Origin: Selaginella moellendorffii
Lineage: Eukaryota > Plantae > Lycopodiophyta
Assembly (NCBI RefSeq): GCF_000143415.4
Contig: NW_003314282.1
Location: 887,374-951,373, forward strand
Direction: 5' to 3'
Length of the DNA stretch: 64,000 bases
Below are positions 52,831 through 64,000 of the stretch, one piece after another. The notes under the pieces were generated by a model. The model was not told where the DNA came from. It made no database searches and worked only from the letters and a program-made list of their open reading frames with translations. A program made the position numbers and the translations under genes. How positions within the stretch are numbered: position 1 is the stretch's first letter; each line of letters starts with the position of its first letter.

Positions 52831-53059
52831 TACATGGTGGCTGTGACTGGGATGTTCCAGCTCACTTCTTTAGGGCAAAAGAAGCAAATGCGGCCGCGTT
52901 TGTAAGTAGCAAACGGCTCGATTGTTTTTAGGGTTAGGTCAGTCAAATATAGTTGAGGAAGATCTTGAACTGGCAGGAACGTGAACTTCTTGAGCTTGAT
53001 AGGCCTTGGATGGTCCCCATGCCCGACGGCATGTAGACGGCAAGAGCTCCACTATTTCT

Positions 53060-53625
53060 GTAGAACAAAACAGCTGCGAAACAAAACCTTTGCTAGAGTA
53101 CATCTATGCTGAGATAAAAAACTGTTATGACCGGAAGCACATCTATGGAATCAAGAAGTTATGAGAGCTATACATACTCACGTCTAGACAAACTCTATGT
53201 GCCTTTAATATTGAATCAACTTTGCCACCTCAAATGAAAACCATTGTTAAGCCACTACCGATGCACTTGGTAATGCAACAGGGCCAAACTGGCAATATTA
53301 ATCAAATGTCTCCGATCATCAAGGTATGTAATTTCTACATGGTTTCTTTTTAAGTGTTTCTTTGTCAGGGAAGAAAAAAATCCAGATAGAGTACATCTCC
53401 TGCATTGAGACAAGAAAGAGCTGCTTCTGAAAGCACATATATGGAATCATATACAATACTTGATTTATCCTGTTACTTCCCAAAGAGTTACATCCTCAAC
53501 ACAAAAATTGGAGTCAGTGATAACCAAAAGTTGGCAGATCATAACCTGAAGGGTTTAGAGCCAGAGGAGCTAAGATTCAACAAGGACTCGCCACCACCAT
53601 TAGTATCTTGGGGCTATGCAATTTA
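53060..53625 (+). pseudogene. Decayed double-MADS paralog
   Basis: Colinear with 58398-59120 (LEPEELRFNKDSPPPLVS); many indels. Confidence 0.75.
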
Positions 53626-54239
53626 ATCTTTTATCTAGTTTTACAGCATTCAGTATCCACATTAGTGTATATTTGAAACATATACTTCAAATATGTAATG
53701 AAAGGTTTAAAGATGTACAATATTATTATGAGAATTCCTTTTTTCGCTAAAATATAGAGATCACCGCTGAATGATAAAAAGGTGGCAGCGTGGGTTTGAG
53801 CCTTCCCTGACTTTATGTATTTTATGACAAAAATAAAAAATGTTCTGATTACGCTTATAAATGCTCCCAATGACAATATTTAGTAGTTTGTCAGGGTGCC
53901 ATTCTACCGAATGGTTTCTAGGGCACCCGAAATACAAATGGTGTTTGAGGCACCTTTGAAAAATTGAGTAATGTTTAATCAAGCGAAGGTCACAGTTTGT
54001 GTTCGTAGCACAGACTGTTCTAAAAGTCTTACAATTTCTTTGCATTCAATACCAAATAGTTATTATTAATCACTAAAAATTTAGGATTGGCCAATAATAT
54101 ATATTTTTCTGCAGAGTCTTAGGTTACTATTGTGAAAATTTTTGCAATAATTTGAAATATTATACATAAATTATATTTGTAAAATTTGTAAATATATGTA
54201 TGTATATACATGTATTACCCTAGCTAGGTAATACATTAA

Positions 54240-54480
54240 TTATAGTACTATAGCATATAGACCATCCATTTGGGATTGAATCTGGTCCATCCATTTTTGT
54301 ATATAAGCAGAGGTTTAAAACCCAATTAATATATTTATTTTTATATCCCGAACACTCACATTGGTGGAGGTGAGGGGCATTGCAATTTCTCCCTGAAGGG
54401 CAAAGTTTTTTTGTAGTGTTTTACTCTAGTGTTTGGGATTGTGCTTTTTTATTTTTATTTCTTCATTCTTTTTTAGATCT
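54240..54480 (+). mobile_element. Partial 5' LTR + PBS + leader of the 25367 gypsy family
   Basis: cactcaca followed by TGGTGGAGGTGAGGGGC, homologous to the reverse complement of 30100-30230. Confidence 0.65.
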
Positions 54481-54537
54481 AGATCTATATTAACTTTTGG
54501 CAAGATTTAGAATTCTAGCTATTATTGTACTTAGATC

Positions 54538-55500
54538 TGTGTAAGGAACCAACTCCTCAAAGTGTTGAAAGCTAAAGGATCCTTAAAAGCACAACCAAAA
54601 TGATAAAAAGTTCATCGAATGAGACTGGGTCCGGGTTCGAGCCCAAGACCGACTCTAAGATTGAGTTTGAGACCGAGTCCGAGATTGAGTCCAAGACTGA
54701 CTTTGAGTCCAAGTTCGAGACCGAGTCCGAGATTGAATTCGAGACCAAGTCTGAGATCCGATATCAAGTCTGAGACCAAGTCCGAGATCGAGTCCGAGAC
54801 CGAGTCCGAAGTTGAGTTCGAAATCAAGTCTGAGATCAAGTCCAAGACCGAGTCCGAATACTAATACAAGTTATGGGGTGAAAGCCCAAAGCATGTGTCT
54901 CCCGAGGGGGGCTGCAGGAGGTTCCAAAAGTATAGTAGGGATAGTGAGGTCTAGAAACCAGTCTTGAAGGAACTCTCTAGTGGTGCTTCCAAATTGACTA
55001 GAGGTTGAGATTGGGGCTAAAGGGCCTTGGATGGGAGTGAACATGGACTCGGGTGGTGTTGGAGGGGCCACCCAAGGAAATGCTCAAGAGCAACTCCCAC
55101 TCCCAGAAGGGAAATTGATTGTGGTGCTCCCGGCTCATGTGAAGTGGTGCCCCACTTGAGTACCTTGCAGCTCATAGGCCCTCGCCCTTCCTAGGGGCTT
55201 AGGCTTTCTTTTCGGGATGGAAGTGGGGGGGTAGAGGTACCCATATTGGGCCATTAGGCCATGGTGTTTTGCCCTAGCGTCCTAAAGCAAGTGTTGCACC
55301 CAAGGCTTAGGATTTAAAGAGTCCCATGATCAAGTCTTGTTGTATCAAGGGATGTTAGAAACCTAGAGGTTTGGTGTGCTTAGCTGCTTGTGCCTGTGGG
55401 GAGTGTAGTTGAACCTTAAGTCTAGTCTAACCCGGGGAGGGGGATTGGGGGAATCTGTGGATGAATGGCTAACACTTCGTTGCTCGTGCAGTGAGTAGCT
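54538..55500. mobile_element. Decayed LTR-like segment with CCGAGT/CCGAGA minisatellite (54620-54860)
   Basis: Same minisatellite and gggtgaaagcccaaagc..ccaaaagtatagta block as the LTR at 14765. Confidence 0.55.
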
Positions 55501-57054
55501 GAACCCAAGTAGGACCAAGTAGAAGTTGGTATAATAGGCAGGAACTTTATCAAGGGAACTTAGCTAAAGCCAAAGCAGTGTTGATCGGATAAACAAAGTA
55601 AGCTAACAAATTGGAAATGAAAAATTTGTGGCTTACAATTTGCTCTTTCTTCTAATCTTTATTGCATTCTCTTCTTCCACCATGCCATGCCGTCATTGAT
55701 CAAGGAGTATGTCACTTGAGGCTACTAATGTTGCTCTGTTGGATTGAACTTTTGGTGTTGTGGGGTGTGATTATATTGGTGTTGGACATATCCTTGGTGT
55801 GTTGTCGTTTCCAGCTTTTGAGGGATGTAATTACACGGCTTGTCTTATTCTTGGTGTTCTACCATCTCCTATTGATGTGCAGTGTGATCATGATATTGAT
55901 TGGCAAGCTATGGAGTCCAATTCTTGGAAAATATTCGAGGATCAAGTTTATGGGAAGACGATGTATACAAGCTCAAGTGGATTCCAGAGTATGATAATGA
56001 GCTTAATTATTATGGAGATAGTTTTGGAGATGAAATGGAGATTTCACGGGGTAGATGTCAATATTTTAATTTGCCATTTGATCCTTTTTCTTTCCCTTCT
56101 ACTCTTTCCCAACTTTTTTTTATTTCTCAACCTGAGCCACCTTCTCATATTCTTAGTATTTTTTCCTCATTTACAGTGTTTTTTTCTTTTGGCATGTCGA
56201 TCATTTGACTCTTATGATTCTCTTTCTCAATCTAGTGTTGAGTGGAGTGTTTTTTGTCCTCCTTATACTAATCTAGATCTTGAGTGTGTCCATGAAGTTG
56301 AGAATCTTGCTTTTGTTTTATTGGCAGAGTCTTTAATCAGTTCTAGTGTTAAGTATTTCCTTGTTCCAAGGGTTGAGTCATTTTGGCCAGAGTTTTGGGT
56401 TGAATGCATGTCCCCACTTGTGAGTGCCATTGAGAGCTTTTGCTTTACTGTTGCTGATAAAGAATTTATATGTTTCTTTGAGAGTGTGAATGTTATTATT
56501 AATTTTCCCGTCTTAAGTGTTGAATTGTGTATTGAGAAGGTTGAGTGGTGTAAATCTCTTGTTTATATTGTGGTGGCCAAAGTATTTTATGATAGGAAGT
56601 CCCTTATTTTCCAAGCTTTAAGCATATATTCTTCTAATTTCCCGATTTCTGCATAACCAATTATTGTAAATTCCTCTTTTGATGCTTCTTTATTCATTTT
56701 TTCTTTTTCCACAATTATTTTTCCTCAATTTTTCTTATTTTCTCCTTTTTGCCTTGACACTTCCAACTTCTTTTTCTTCAAAGGGGGTAGAGGGGACAGA
56801 CGAGAATCTGGCCCCGATGATGGAGTGAGGACAAGCACATATAGTAGTGGAGCGAGGACGAATAACATGGATTGTGGAGTGAGGATAAACATAGCGAGTC
56901 CGAATAGAATATTTGGCCCCAACATAGTGAAGCTGAATGGATGTAATAGTTGAGTGAGGCCGAACATAGATGGCAGAGTGAGGATAAGTGCAACAAGTCC
57001 GAATGGAGCTAATGTTGCAAAACATTTTTTCCTTCGAGGAGGGGATAAAGAGAA

Positions 57055-57281
57055 TGTAAAGGACAAATAGAGTGAGTTTGACCTCCCCAATTCAAAGTCA
57101 TGGTTACATGGTTGGTTTGAGCATTTGGGAGCTACATACGGAATTACAATTGGTTCATCAAAGTTCCGTAATCGGTATTTTAGTCATAGTTATCAGCAAA
57201 TTTGTTAGTGATTTTATGGGTTTAGAGTGTATTCCAGATCCGTCAACTAGCACAGCTCTTGGGACATTGAGGCGCTTTACA
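57055..57281 (+). mobile_element. 3' LTR of a truncated retroelement
   Basis: TGTAAAG..CTTTACA termini, preceded by purine tract gaggaggggataaagagaa and short gagtgagg repeats (56820-57000). Confidence 0.6.
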
Positions 57282-57384
57282 TCTCTCACCTCGTCATCAA
57301 GGTACATTTTGTTTCTCAAGGATCATATCTATATTGTGTACCAATTACAAAGTTGGGACAGCCTTTTATGCTTTAGAACTTGAG

Positions 57385-57769
57385 CCTTGATGGGTGGAGC
57401 AGCAGGCAGGCGCCACTGCATGTCCACATCGATGCATCCTACTCAAACAAGCGGGTGCCATTCTGGGACAATGACGAGATCGACTTTGTACAGGAGTTCG
57501 TGGTGACCAGCAGCTGTGTGATGCAGCTCGAAGTAACAGGTGTTATGTGCATTGAGGAGCCACCTGAATTTCGGCCCCAGGTGCCTCCGGCAATCGTGAA
57601 GCTAGGCACAACGTTCCCCAGTCGTGTCAATGTGCATCCCATCAGCTTTGGCATGCTGCCGTGTTGCGGCATTGTCTGGCACTGCATGAAGCCCAAGCTT
57701 GACTTGGAGGTGCCCTACACTGCAACCCACCACTGGTGCATTGGTTTTGACGAAAACACCATGAACTAG
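57385..57769 (+). pseudogene. F-box gene C-terminal fragment (inverted counterpart of the 38350-39210 segments)
   Basis: APLHVHIDASYSNKRVP.WDNDEIDFVQE matches the minus-strand relic. Confidence 0.7.
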
Positions 57770-58331
57770 CGCTGGTCAAGCCGAGTGGCAAAGCGGTCAA
57801 CACGCTTTTCAATCATGAAGTATTTTTGGGACCAGTCAATGCTGGTCTCAAGTTTTTCTGCTGACAACGAACGTTGGAGCTACTGCGTGGCATTGGAGGA
57901 GCTCATTTACTCAAAGAATGTTAGGACTCGCAATTGCTGTAAGAATCGATCCACCTCTTACTCTTCCTCACCAGGTAAGAAGTCAAGAGCCGGCCTCAAT
58001 GCCACTGCCAGTGACATGTGACATACATGACTTATCTACCTCACTCCTAACGATGAGTCAAGATCGAGAGGCGGCCACGATGCTTGTCCTGAATTCGCAT
58101 GGAAAGCGAGTGGAGGTTTTTGCCAATCAACCAAGGGACCAGCTCGGCGGTATGAGTTGCGCAGGGAACACCAAATACGACGATGCGGATGGATTAATTA
58201 ACTATCAACTAATAAACATAAACATGCGATCTTCATAGATTTAAGGAAGATATCAAATCCTTGATTTTGCTAATAATTGAGGGAACAAGAATAAGGGTTT
58301 GTCCCCCAAACAACACACAAGGAAAATAACT

Positions 58332-59509
58332 ATGTCTCCGGTGATCAAGGTATTTCCGTAATTTCATGTTTCACCTCTTATAAATGTTTCTTTGCAGAAA
58401 AAAACAGCTGGGAAACAAAAAATTCCACTAAAATACATCTCGGATGCTGAAATAAGAAAGTGTTGCCACCGCAAGCGCATCTATGGAATCACAAAGAAGT
58501 TATGGGAGCTTAACATACTCACGGCTACAAGACTCAATTTCTCAAGTAACTTTCCTGACACGGGCAAGAGCTATGCCTTCAACACCAATGTTGGCCTTGA
58601 TCTCAAGACATTGCCTCCTCAAATGACAACCATTGTCAAGCAGCAATCGATGCATTCAGTAACGCAACAGGGCCAAGTTAACCAAATATCTCCTATCATC
58701 AAGGTATTAATAATTTCTAGATGGTTTTTCTTATAACTTTTTCTTTGTTGTTTCTCGTTCAGAAAAAGAGAGCAGGGAAGAAAAAAATCCCGATAGAGTA
58801 CATCTTCGATGCTGAGACAAGAAAGAGCTGCTTCCGAAAGCGCATCTATGGAATCATGAAGAAAATATGGGAGCTACACATACTCACGGGTACAATACTT
58901 GATTTCTCGTGTTACTTCCCGGACATGGTAAAGAGTTACATCCTCAACACAAACACTGGCCTTGATCTGAAGACTTTGCCACCTCAAATGAAAACCATTG
59001 TCATACACACGTTAAAGCAGCAGGGCGATAACCAAAATTTGGCTGATGATCATAACGTGGAGGGTTTACAGCCGGAGGAGCTAAGATTCAACAAGGATTC
59101 TCCACCACCTCTAGTATCCTCACCTTCGATGAGCTCCATTGATGGGGAGCACCATAACTCTGGAAGCCTGGATGGCTGCGAGAAAACGTTTTCACTGGAT
59201 GATGGCTTTCTGGAGGAGATCTTTTCAAGCCCAGAAAGCACTATTGACAATACAGAGTCTGGTCAGTCTTGGATGGAGCTCGTTGATTTTGACGAGTGTC
59301 CACCACCGCCAACCTATATTCCCCAGCAGGAATATGAATTTGGCATGGATGGTGGCGAGCAAACACTTTCAGTGGACAATATGTTTTTGGAGGAGCTTTT
59401 ATTGATCCCAGATAGCACCATTGGGAACATGGAGTTTATTCAGTCTTGGATGGAGCAACAGCCACCTGTAGAGTTTGATATTAACGACATGAATCTGGAA
59501 GCTCCTTGA
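58332..59509 (+). CDS. Type I-like double-MADS protein, copy B (356 aa; exons 58332-58349, 58398-58703, 58763-59509)
   Basis: Near-identical inverted copy of 36653-37831; splicing joins the two ORF-track frames. Confidence 0.82.
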
Positions 59510-61220
59510 GGAGTTGCATTACAGCACATTTTTGCAAATTGCAACATAGGCCAAGTGTAATTTATTTAGAGAGGGAAATTCCCCATATGTAACTTAGGAG
59601 CGTTTGAGAAAATAATAGACATTTTTAAAGACTGATGAAGCTCGCTGTGGTTGCTGTCGATGTTCGTCGTCATGGGTTTGAAAGGCAGCAACCGCCGGAA
59701 GGATTGCAAAGAAAGGACATTCGATATTTTAGTACAGTATTAAAGGCCTGTTGCAAATGCCGATGCCGTGCTGTTGGAGTGAGAATCAGGTGAAAGAAAA
59801 AAAATGAAGATATTCATTTTCTAAAATAATACAATCATCAGTCATTGAAGTATAGTGGTAAGTATTTCTACCTGTCACGCAGACGACCTGGCGTGGCAAT
59901 GGTTACTCTTTTATGCAAGGACTGCCCTTTGGTAAAGTTGAGTTCTATTTTAACTAAGGTGATCTTGGGAACTGATTCAACTGCAGCGATGTAAGTTGCT
60001 TGCAAGTTACTCTATTCAAGATGAAAATATTGGCATCATTATTCCCTAGCTGTTTATGAATTTCTACTACTTTATGTGGGTACTAATTAAAATTCTGTCA
60101 CATAGATAGCTGTTAAATCTGATCCGTCCATTCATGGTCTATGTGAGCCCAAGCACAAAAGTGCTTAAAAACACTGAAGATCGTGGAATGACCCAGATAG
60201 CACCCGGCACCTTGGGATCCATGGCGCAATGGTAGCGCATCTGACTCCAGATCAGAAGGCTATTCGAGTAGCAGACTTCCCGAACGAGTGTTCTCTGAGT
60301 TAGATGTGCTCTTGGCTGTATAAATTTTTCCAAAGCTGAGAAATGAATTCACCAAAAAATAAAGCTGAGAACTTACCTTTGCTTGAAGCTAACAGAGCCC
60401 GGAAATGCGCCATCCCCCAAGCTCGCAGCCACTCCAACTCCAGTGCATACAAGACCAAACGCTTCTTCTTTCACCGGGTTCAACGAAATGACATGTTCTT
60501 ACTGGGTATACTACTTACATTTTGATAGGTTTGTAAAAGAAAATAAAATAAAATTATTCTCTAATGTTAACTATACGATGGATGTCTCCAACGTGCTTGT
60601 CCTCTCTACTCTTTTTCTCACGCCACTTATATTGGTCTAGTCGTCTAGATGGGTGCAACTCGCAAGGGTCAGCATGCATTTCAGGTTGGAATCGTCCACA
60701 ATCTCCTCTGGCAGTGAGCATTGGCAGCAGCAGCAGCAGCAGCAATCTCACGGTCGTCCCTTGGCTGGCTCCAGGTGATTGGAAAGAGCTTACATCCAGC
60801 ATATTTAGACCCATCTCGGCAGGCCACGAAAAAACTTTGAATTGACCAATGACATTGTCTTTGGAGTTTAAAGATTCTTGCCGTTGGTCGCATACCTCAT
60901 TGGGGGAATTAGTGCAGTCGAGCTCATCTTCTCAAAGAATCTGCCCCATATGTGGTAATTACTGGAAAATGGTATGCCACAATTATCTTCTAGCAAGGAA
61001 GAGATATATATCGACAAAGTTGATGATTCGCTGCATGCTGAAAATACTTCTAGTCACTAAACATGAATAACAAATTGTTTACATTATTATGTAAAAAGAC
61101 AATCGATACACTAGATTTTATTAGACAGTTTGCAAAATTCATGGACAGAATTAGCCATTGCCTTTGAATAAATCTCAAGGAAATTCTCAACATAAAACAT
61201 CAATCAATTAATCTTTTCTA

Positions 61221-61765
61221 ATGGCAATTTCAGTCATGTCTTGCTTGATTCTCTGCTCCTTGTTAGCTCAAGCTACTGTTGGTTTACTTGTACAATATGG
61301 CTCTGTCACTGTTGGGAATGGCGACTTCATCCCCTTGAGCAGCACTGACTCTGCCCCCACTGTTGACATTGAAGGATTCGGGAAGAATGGCACTGCTCGT
61401 CTCTTCTCGGTTGTCATGGCAGATCAAAAGGCACTGTCAGCGCCAACCAAAGTTTACCCCTACATCAACTTTTGGATTGCAAACATTCCAGCAGGCAGCA
61501 CTGATGAGTGATATACTTCAAATCTTTATATGATGGTGGCTTGGCAGGAGCTGTGAAGGGCAGCATGTTGGAGCCTTATGTATCTCCTTCCAACACTAGC
61601 AAGAACATTCCATACCCAACCACACGTATGATTTTGTGCTTGTTCCACAAAGGAATCCCTTGGTGAAGCCCATGGATAGGCGGCAACTGGATGGCTGATA
61701 TCATTGGACAATACCACTGTGGAAGCCCTCTCCAGACCGTCTCCTTCACCACCTCTCTCCATTGA
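61221..61765 (+). pseudogene. Secreted PEBP-like copy 3, disabled
   Basis: Splice donor GT changed to AT (ACTG|ATGAGT) and deletions in exon 2. Confidence 0.8.
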
Positions 61766-61829
61766 TGTTAATCCACTAAAAAGTATTTGCCAATAAATTG
61801 AAAAATATTTGTTATCAGGATGATAACCA

Positions 61830-62680
61830 AGATGCACAACAATCTGAGCTCCTTGGATGATCTTCCCGACGAGGTGCTCATCGGGATCCTGTTCCTGTCG
61901 CGCCACTTGTAATACTTGTATTGGGGTGTAGCGCGTCGTCACAAATTTCAGCCTGGAATCACATAATCACTGGTGAGGATGAGTGGCAGCAGGGCCTTCT
62001 TTCCTGGTTTGGCCGGTGTGGAAGCTGCACAAGGTCCGGTGGATGCTCGTCAATGATGCTCTCGCCGTCTACGTGCAACGTGGAGTGGATCAAGCTGCAT
62101 GCGGAGGTGCGGAGCATCCAGGGCCTGTAAATGTCTAGGCTCAACAAGCTCATAAGCACCTTTCGAGGCTCGGCCAGCGAGAGGTCGAGCATCAGTGGCG
62201 TCAAGCAGCTCTGAATTCGGCCAAAGATCTCTCAACCTTCCCGCCGCCTTGAGGTGCTTTACATTGCTCGTATCTCCATGAAGGTTCATGGCTAACTTTT
62301 GGTGTCGTAGAGATCGAGCCCCGAGGACTGGAGCAGCAGGCACGCACCTCTGCGCATGCACATCGCCGCCTCCTACCCCAAGGGACCGGATGCCGATCTG
62401 GAAGAGAGACGAGATCGACTTTCTGCGGGAGCTCGTCATGAGCAGCAGCTGTGTGACGTGGCTCAAAGTAACAGGGGTTGTGTTGATTGGCCCGCCACCT
62501 GATTTTCAGCCAGCTGCCTCCGATCGTGAAGCTGGGCACAGCATTTCCTGGGCATGTTGAGGTGCATCCCCTTCACTTTGGCCCGCCGCAGCGCTGCGAC
62601 GTTGTGTGGCGCTCCATGAAGCCAAAGCTTGATTCGGAGTCGACTGCAATCCACCGTGCACGAAACCCAATGGTTGTCAA
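61830..62680 (+). pseudogene. F-box relic, copy 3
   Basis: LDDLPDEVLIGIL; inverted homolog of 33540-34370. Confidence 0.7.
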
Positions 62681-62876
62681 CACTTCGAGAAAGAGTCAAC
62701 TACCAGCATGATAAACAATTTGTACCTCCTTAGCTTTCGCGCAGTCGCGATGAGCATTCATTGGTCTTGCCCAATTGCAAGGGCCTCAAAGATAAGTCAA
62801 AGAACTTCCACTATATCAGTGCTTGTAAGAACTGGCTAGTGTTTCCACTTCTTTCAAACGTATTTCATTCACATTG

Positions 62877-63563
62877 TTAAGCATCTCTCCAGGTGATGGA
62901 CATCTGACCGTAGAGGGGGTCGCTGGAGCTAATGCCCAGCGCTTTCCACACAGCATCAGAGCCATCCACAATGTTATTCCGGCATGGTGGCTGCCAAGCA
63001 TGAGGCTTGTCACAGCCCATTGTAGAATCACACTCGTCCACCACTTTGGCAGTGGTGGATCTCCCATTTGGAGCTGTGATACTGATGAACTTCAAGCACC
63101 GGGAGCCCCCGCTATACCATCCGGTTGAGAGAGCCACGATCCTCTCGGTGTTGGAGTGGAATTTCTCATCGCACTCCGAAGGATCTCCGCCATCGCCACC
63201 AGCTTGGAAGTCGTTGACAGTGAGAATTGCTTTGGTGCTCTGCGAGACTGGGGGCGAGCATCGATAGATCGGATAGTTTGTGTTGGCCTTGCAGCACTCG
63301 TCGCTCTGGTGGGCCGAATTGCCCTTGAGAGGTCCACTCTGCTGGCAGCCACCGCCACCGCCGCCGCCACTTCCAGCGCAGATGTGAGTTCCCAAATCCG
63401 GATCGTCTTGGCAAGTGCGCCCCGCTCCACAGTAGAGCTGACCATCGCAATCATCGTTTGTGGAGCACGATTGCCCGCATCCCCTGCACTCGACGAGAAG
63501 ATCACGAGAACATATCGAGAAGACGATCAAAACACGCACAATTGAGCCAATTCTTAGAGCCAT
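62877..63563 (-). CDS. Kiwellin / ripening-related protein, copy 3
   Basis: 228 aa; shorter Gly linker; Cys swap (VES to VEC, HQCDE to HQSDE). Confidence 0.92.
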   Translation of the reverse strand: MALRIGSIVRVLIVFSICSRDLLVECRGCGQSCSTNDDCDGQLYCGAGRTCQDDPDLGTHICAGSGGGGGGGCQQSGPLKGNSAHQSDECCKANTNYPIYRCSPPVSQSTKAILTVNDFQAGGDGGDPSECDEKFHSNTERIVALSTGWYSGGSRCLKFISITAPNGRSTTAKVVDECDSTMGCDKPHAWQPPCRNNIVDGSDAVWKALGISSSDPLYGQMSITWRDA

Positions 63564-63774
63564 TTGAATGCTTTGTGAATGAATGGATGTCTTGCTGTGA
63601 TTATATATACTGAAGTTTGGTTTCTCTAACTTTGGGGATCGTGAGCAGCATCCCAGTCATGTAAGGCACCGGTTTGACCGGGCCAATGGTAGTTGACTGG
63701 AGTGTTTCTGGGATTTCTACATTGATTTTTTTTTTTTTGAGAAAGAGAGTGAAAACGTAGAGAGATCTAAACTT

Positions 63775-64000
63775 CTCTAGACAAACGGTATGTGCCTTCA
63801 ATATTGAATCAACTTTGCCACCTCAAATGAAAACCATTGTTAAGCCACTACCGATGCACTCGGTAACACAACACGGCTTGATCATCATGGTATTTAATTT
63901 CTACATAGTTTCTTCTTTTAAGTTTTCCTTTGTTTAGAAAAAGACACTAACACTAGGGAAGAATAAAATAGAGTAATGTTAAGACAAGAAAGAGTTGCTT
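63775..64000 (+). pseudogene. Further MADS-paralog fragment running off the window
   Basis: actttgccacctcaaatgaaaaccattgttaagccactaccgatgcact also at 53219. Confidence 0.65.

Noticed and set aside
55760-56656. 298-aa hydrophobic ORF
   Set aside because: T-rich stop-poor sequence with a GTG start and no recognisable motif; probably the antisense of a decayed element

Overview
Eukaryotic land-plant genomic DNA with many very short introns (mostly 47-64 nt) and a compact gene layout; a Selaginella-like lycophyte is my inference. About half the window is LTR retrotransposon. This includes a TSD-flanked chromovirus with a Tf1-like self-priming signal (7122-12676), a second TSD-flanked Ty3/gypsy (25367-30306) with decayed relatives, a non-autonomous LARD-like element (44892-52158) and a 195-bp solo LTR carrying 5S rRNA-derived sequence. 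Ordinary genes are a TPK/KCO K+ channel and RPS18. A kiwellin + F-box relic + secreted PEBP-like cassette occurs three times (one direct and one inverted duplication), and two copies extend to a gene with two tandem MADS domains. A DMC1 relic is also present. The most unusual feature is at 400-6330: a multi-exon gene whose product appears to combine a ParB/Srx-like domain, a degenerate amino-methyltransferase-like fold, an acidic tract and an FCP1-like HAD domain. That locus carries ten copies (plus one weak copy) of a 22-bp palindrome ATGGCRTG-N6-CAYGCCAT, resembling a ParB/parS-type self-binding module. All domain calls are by-eye motif recognition; no searches were run.
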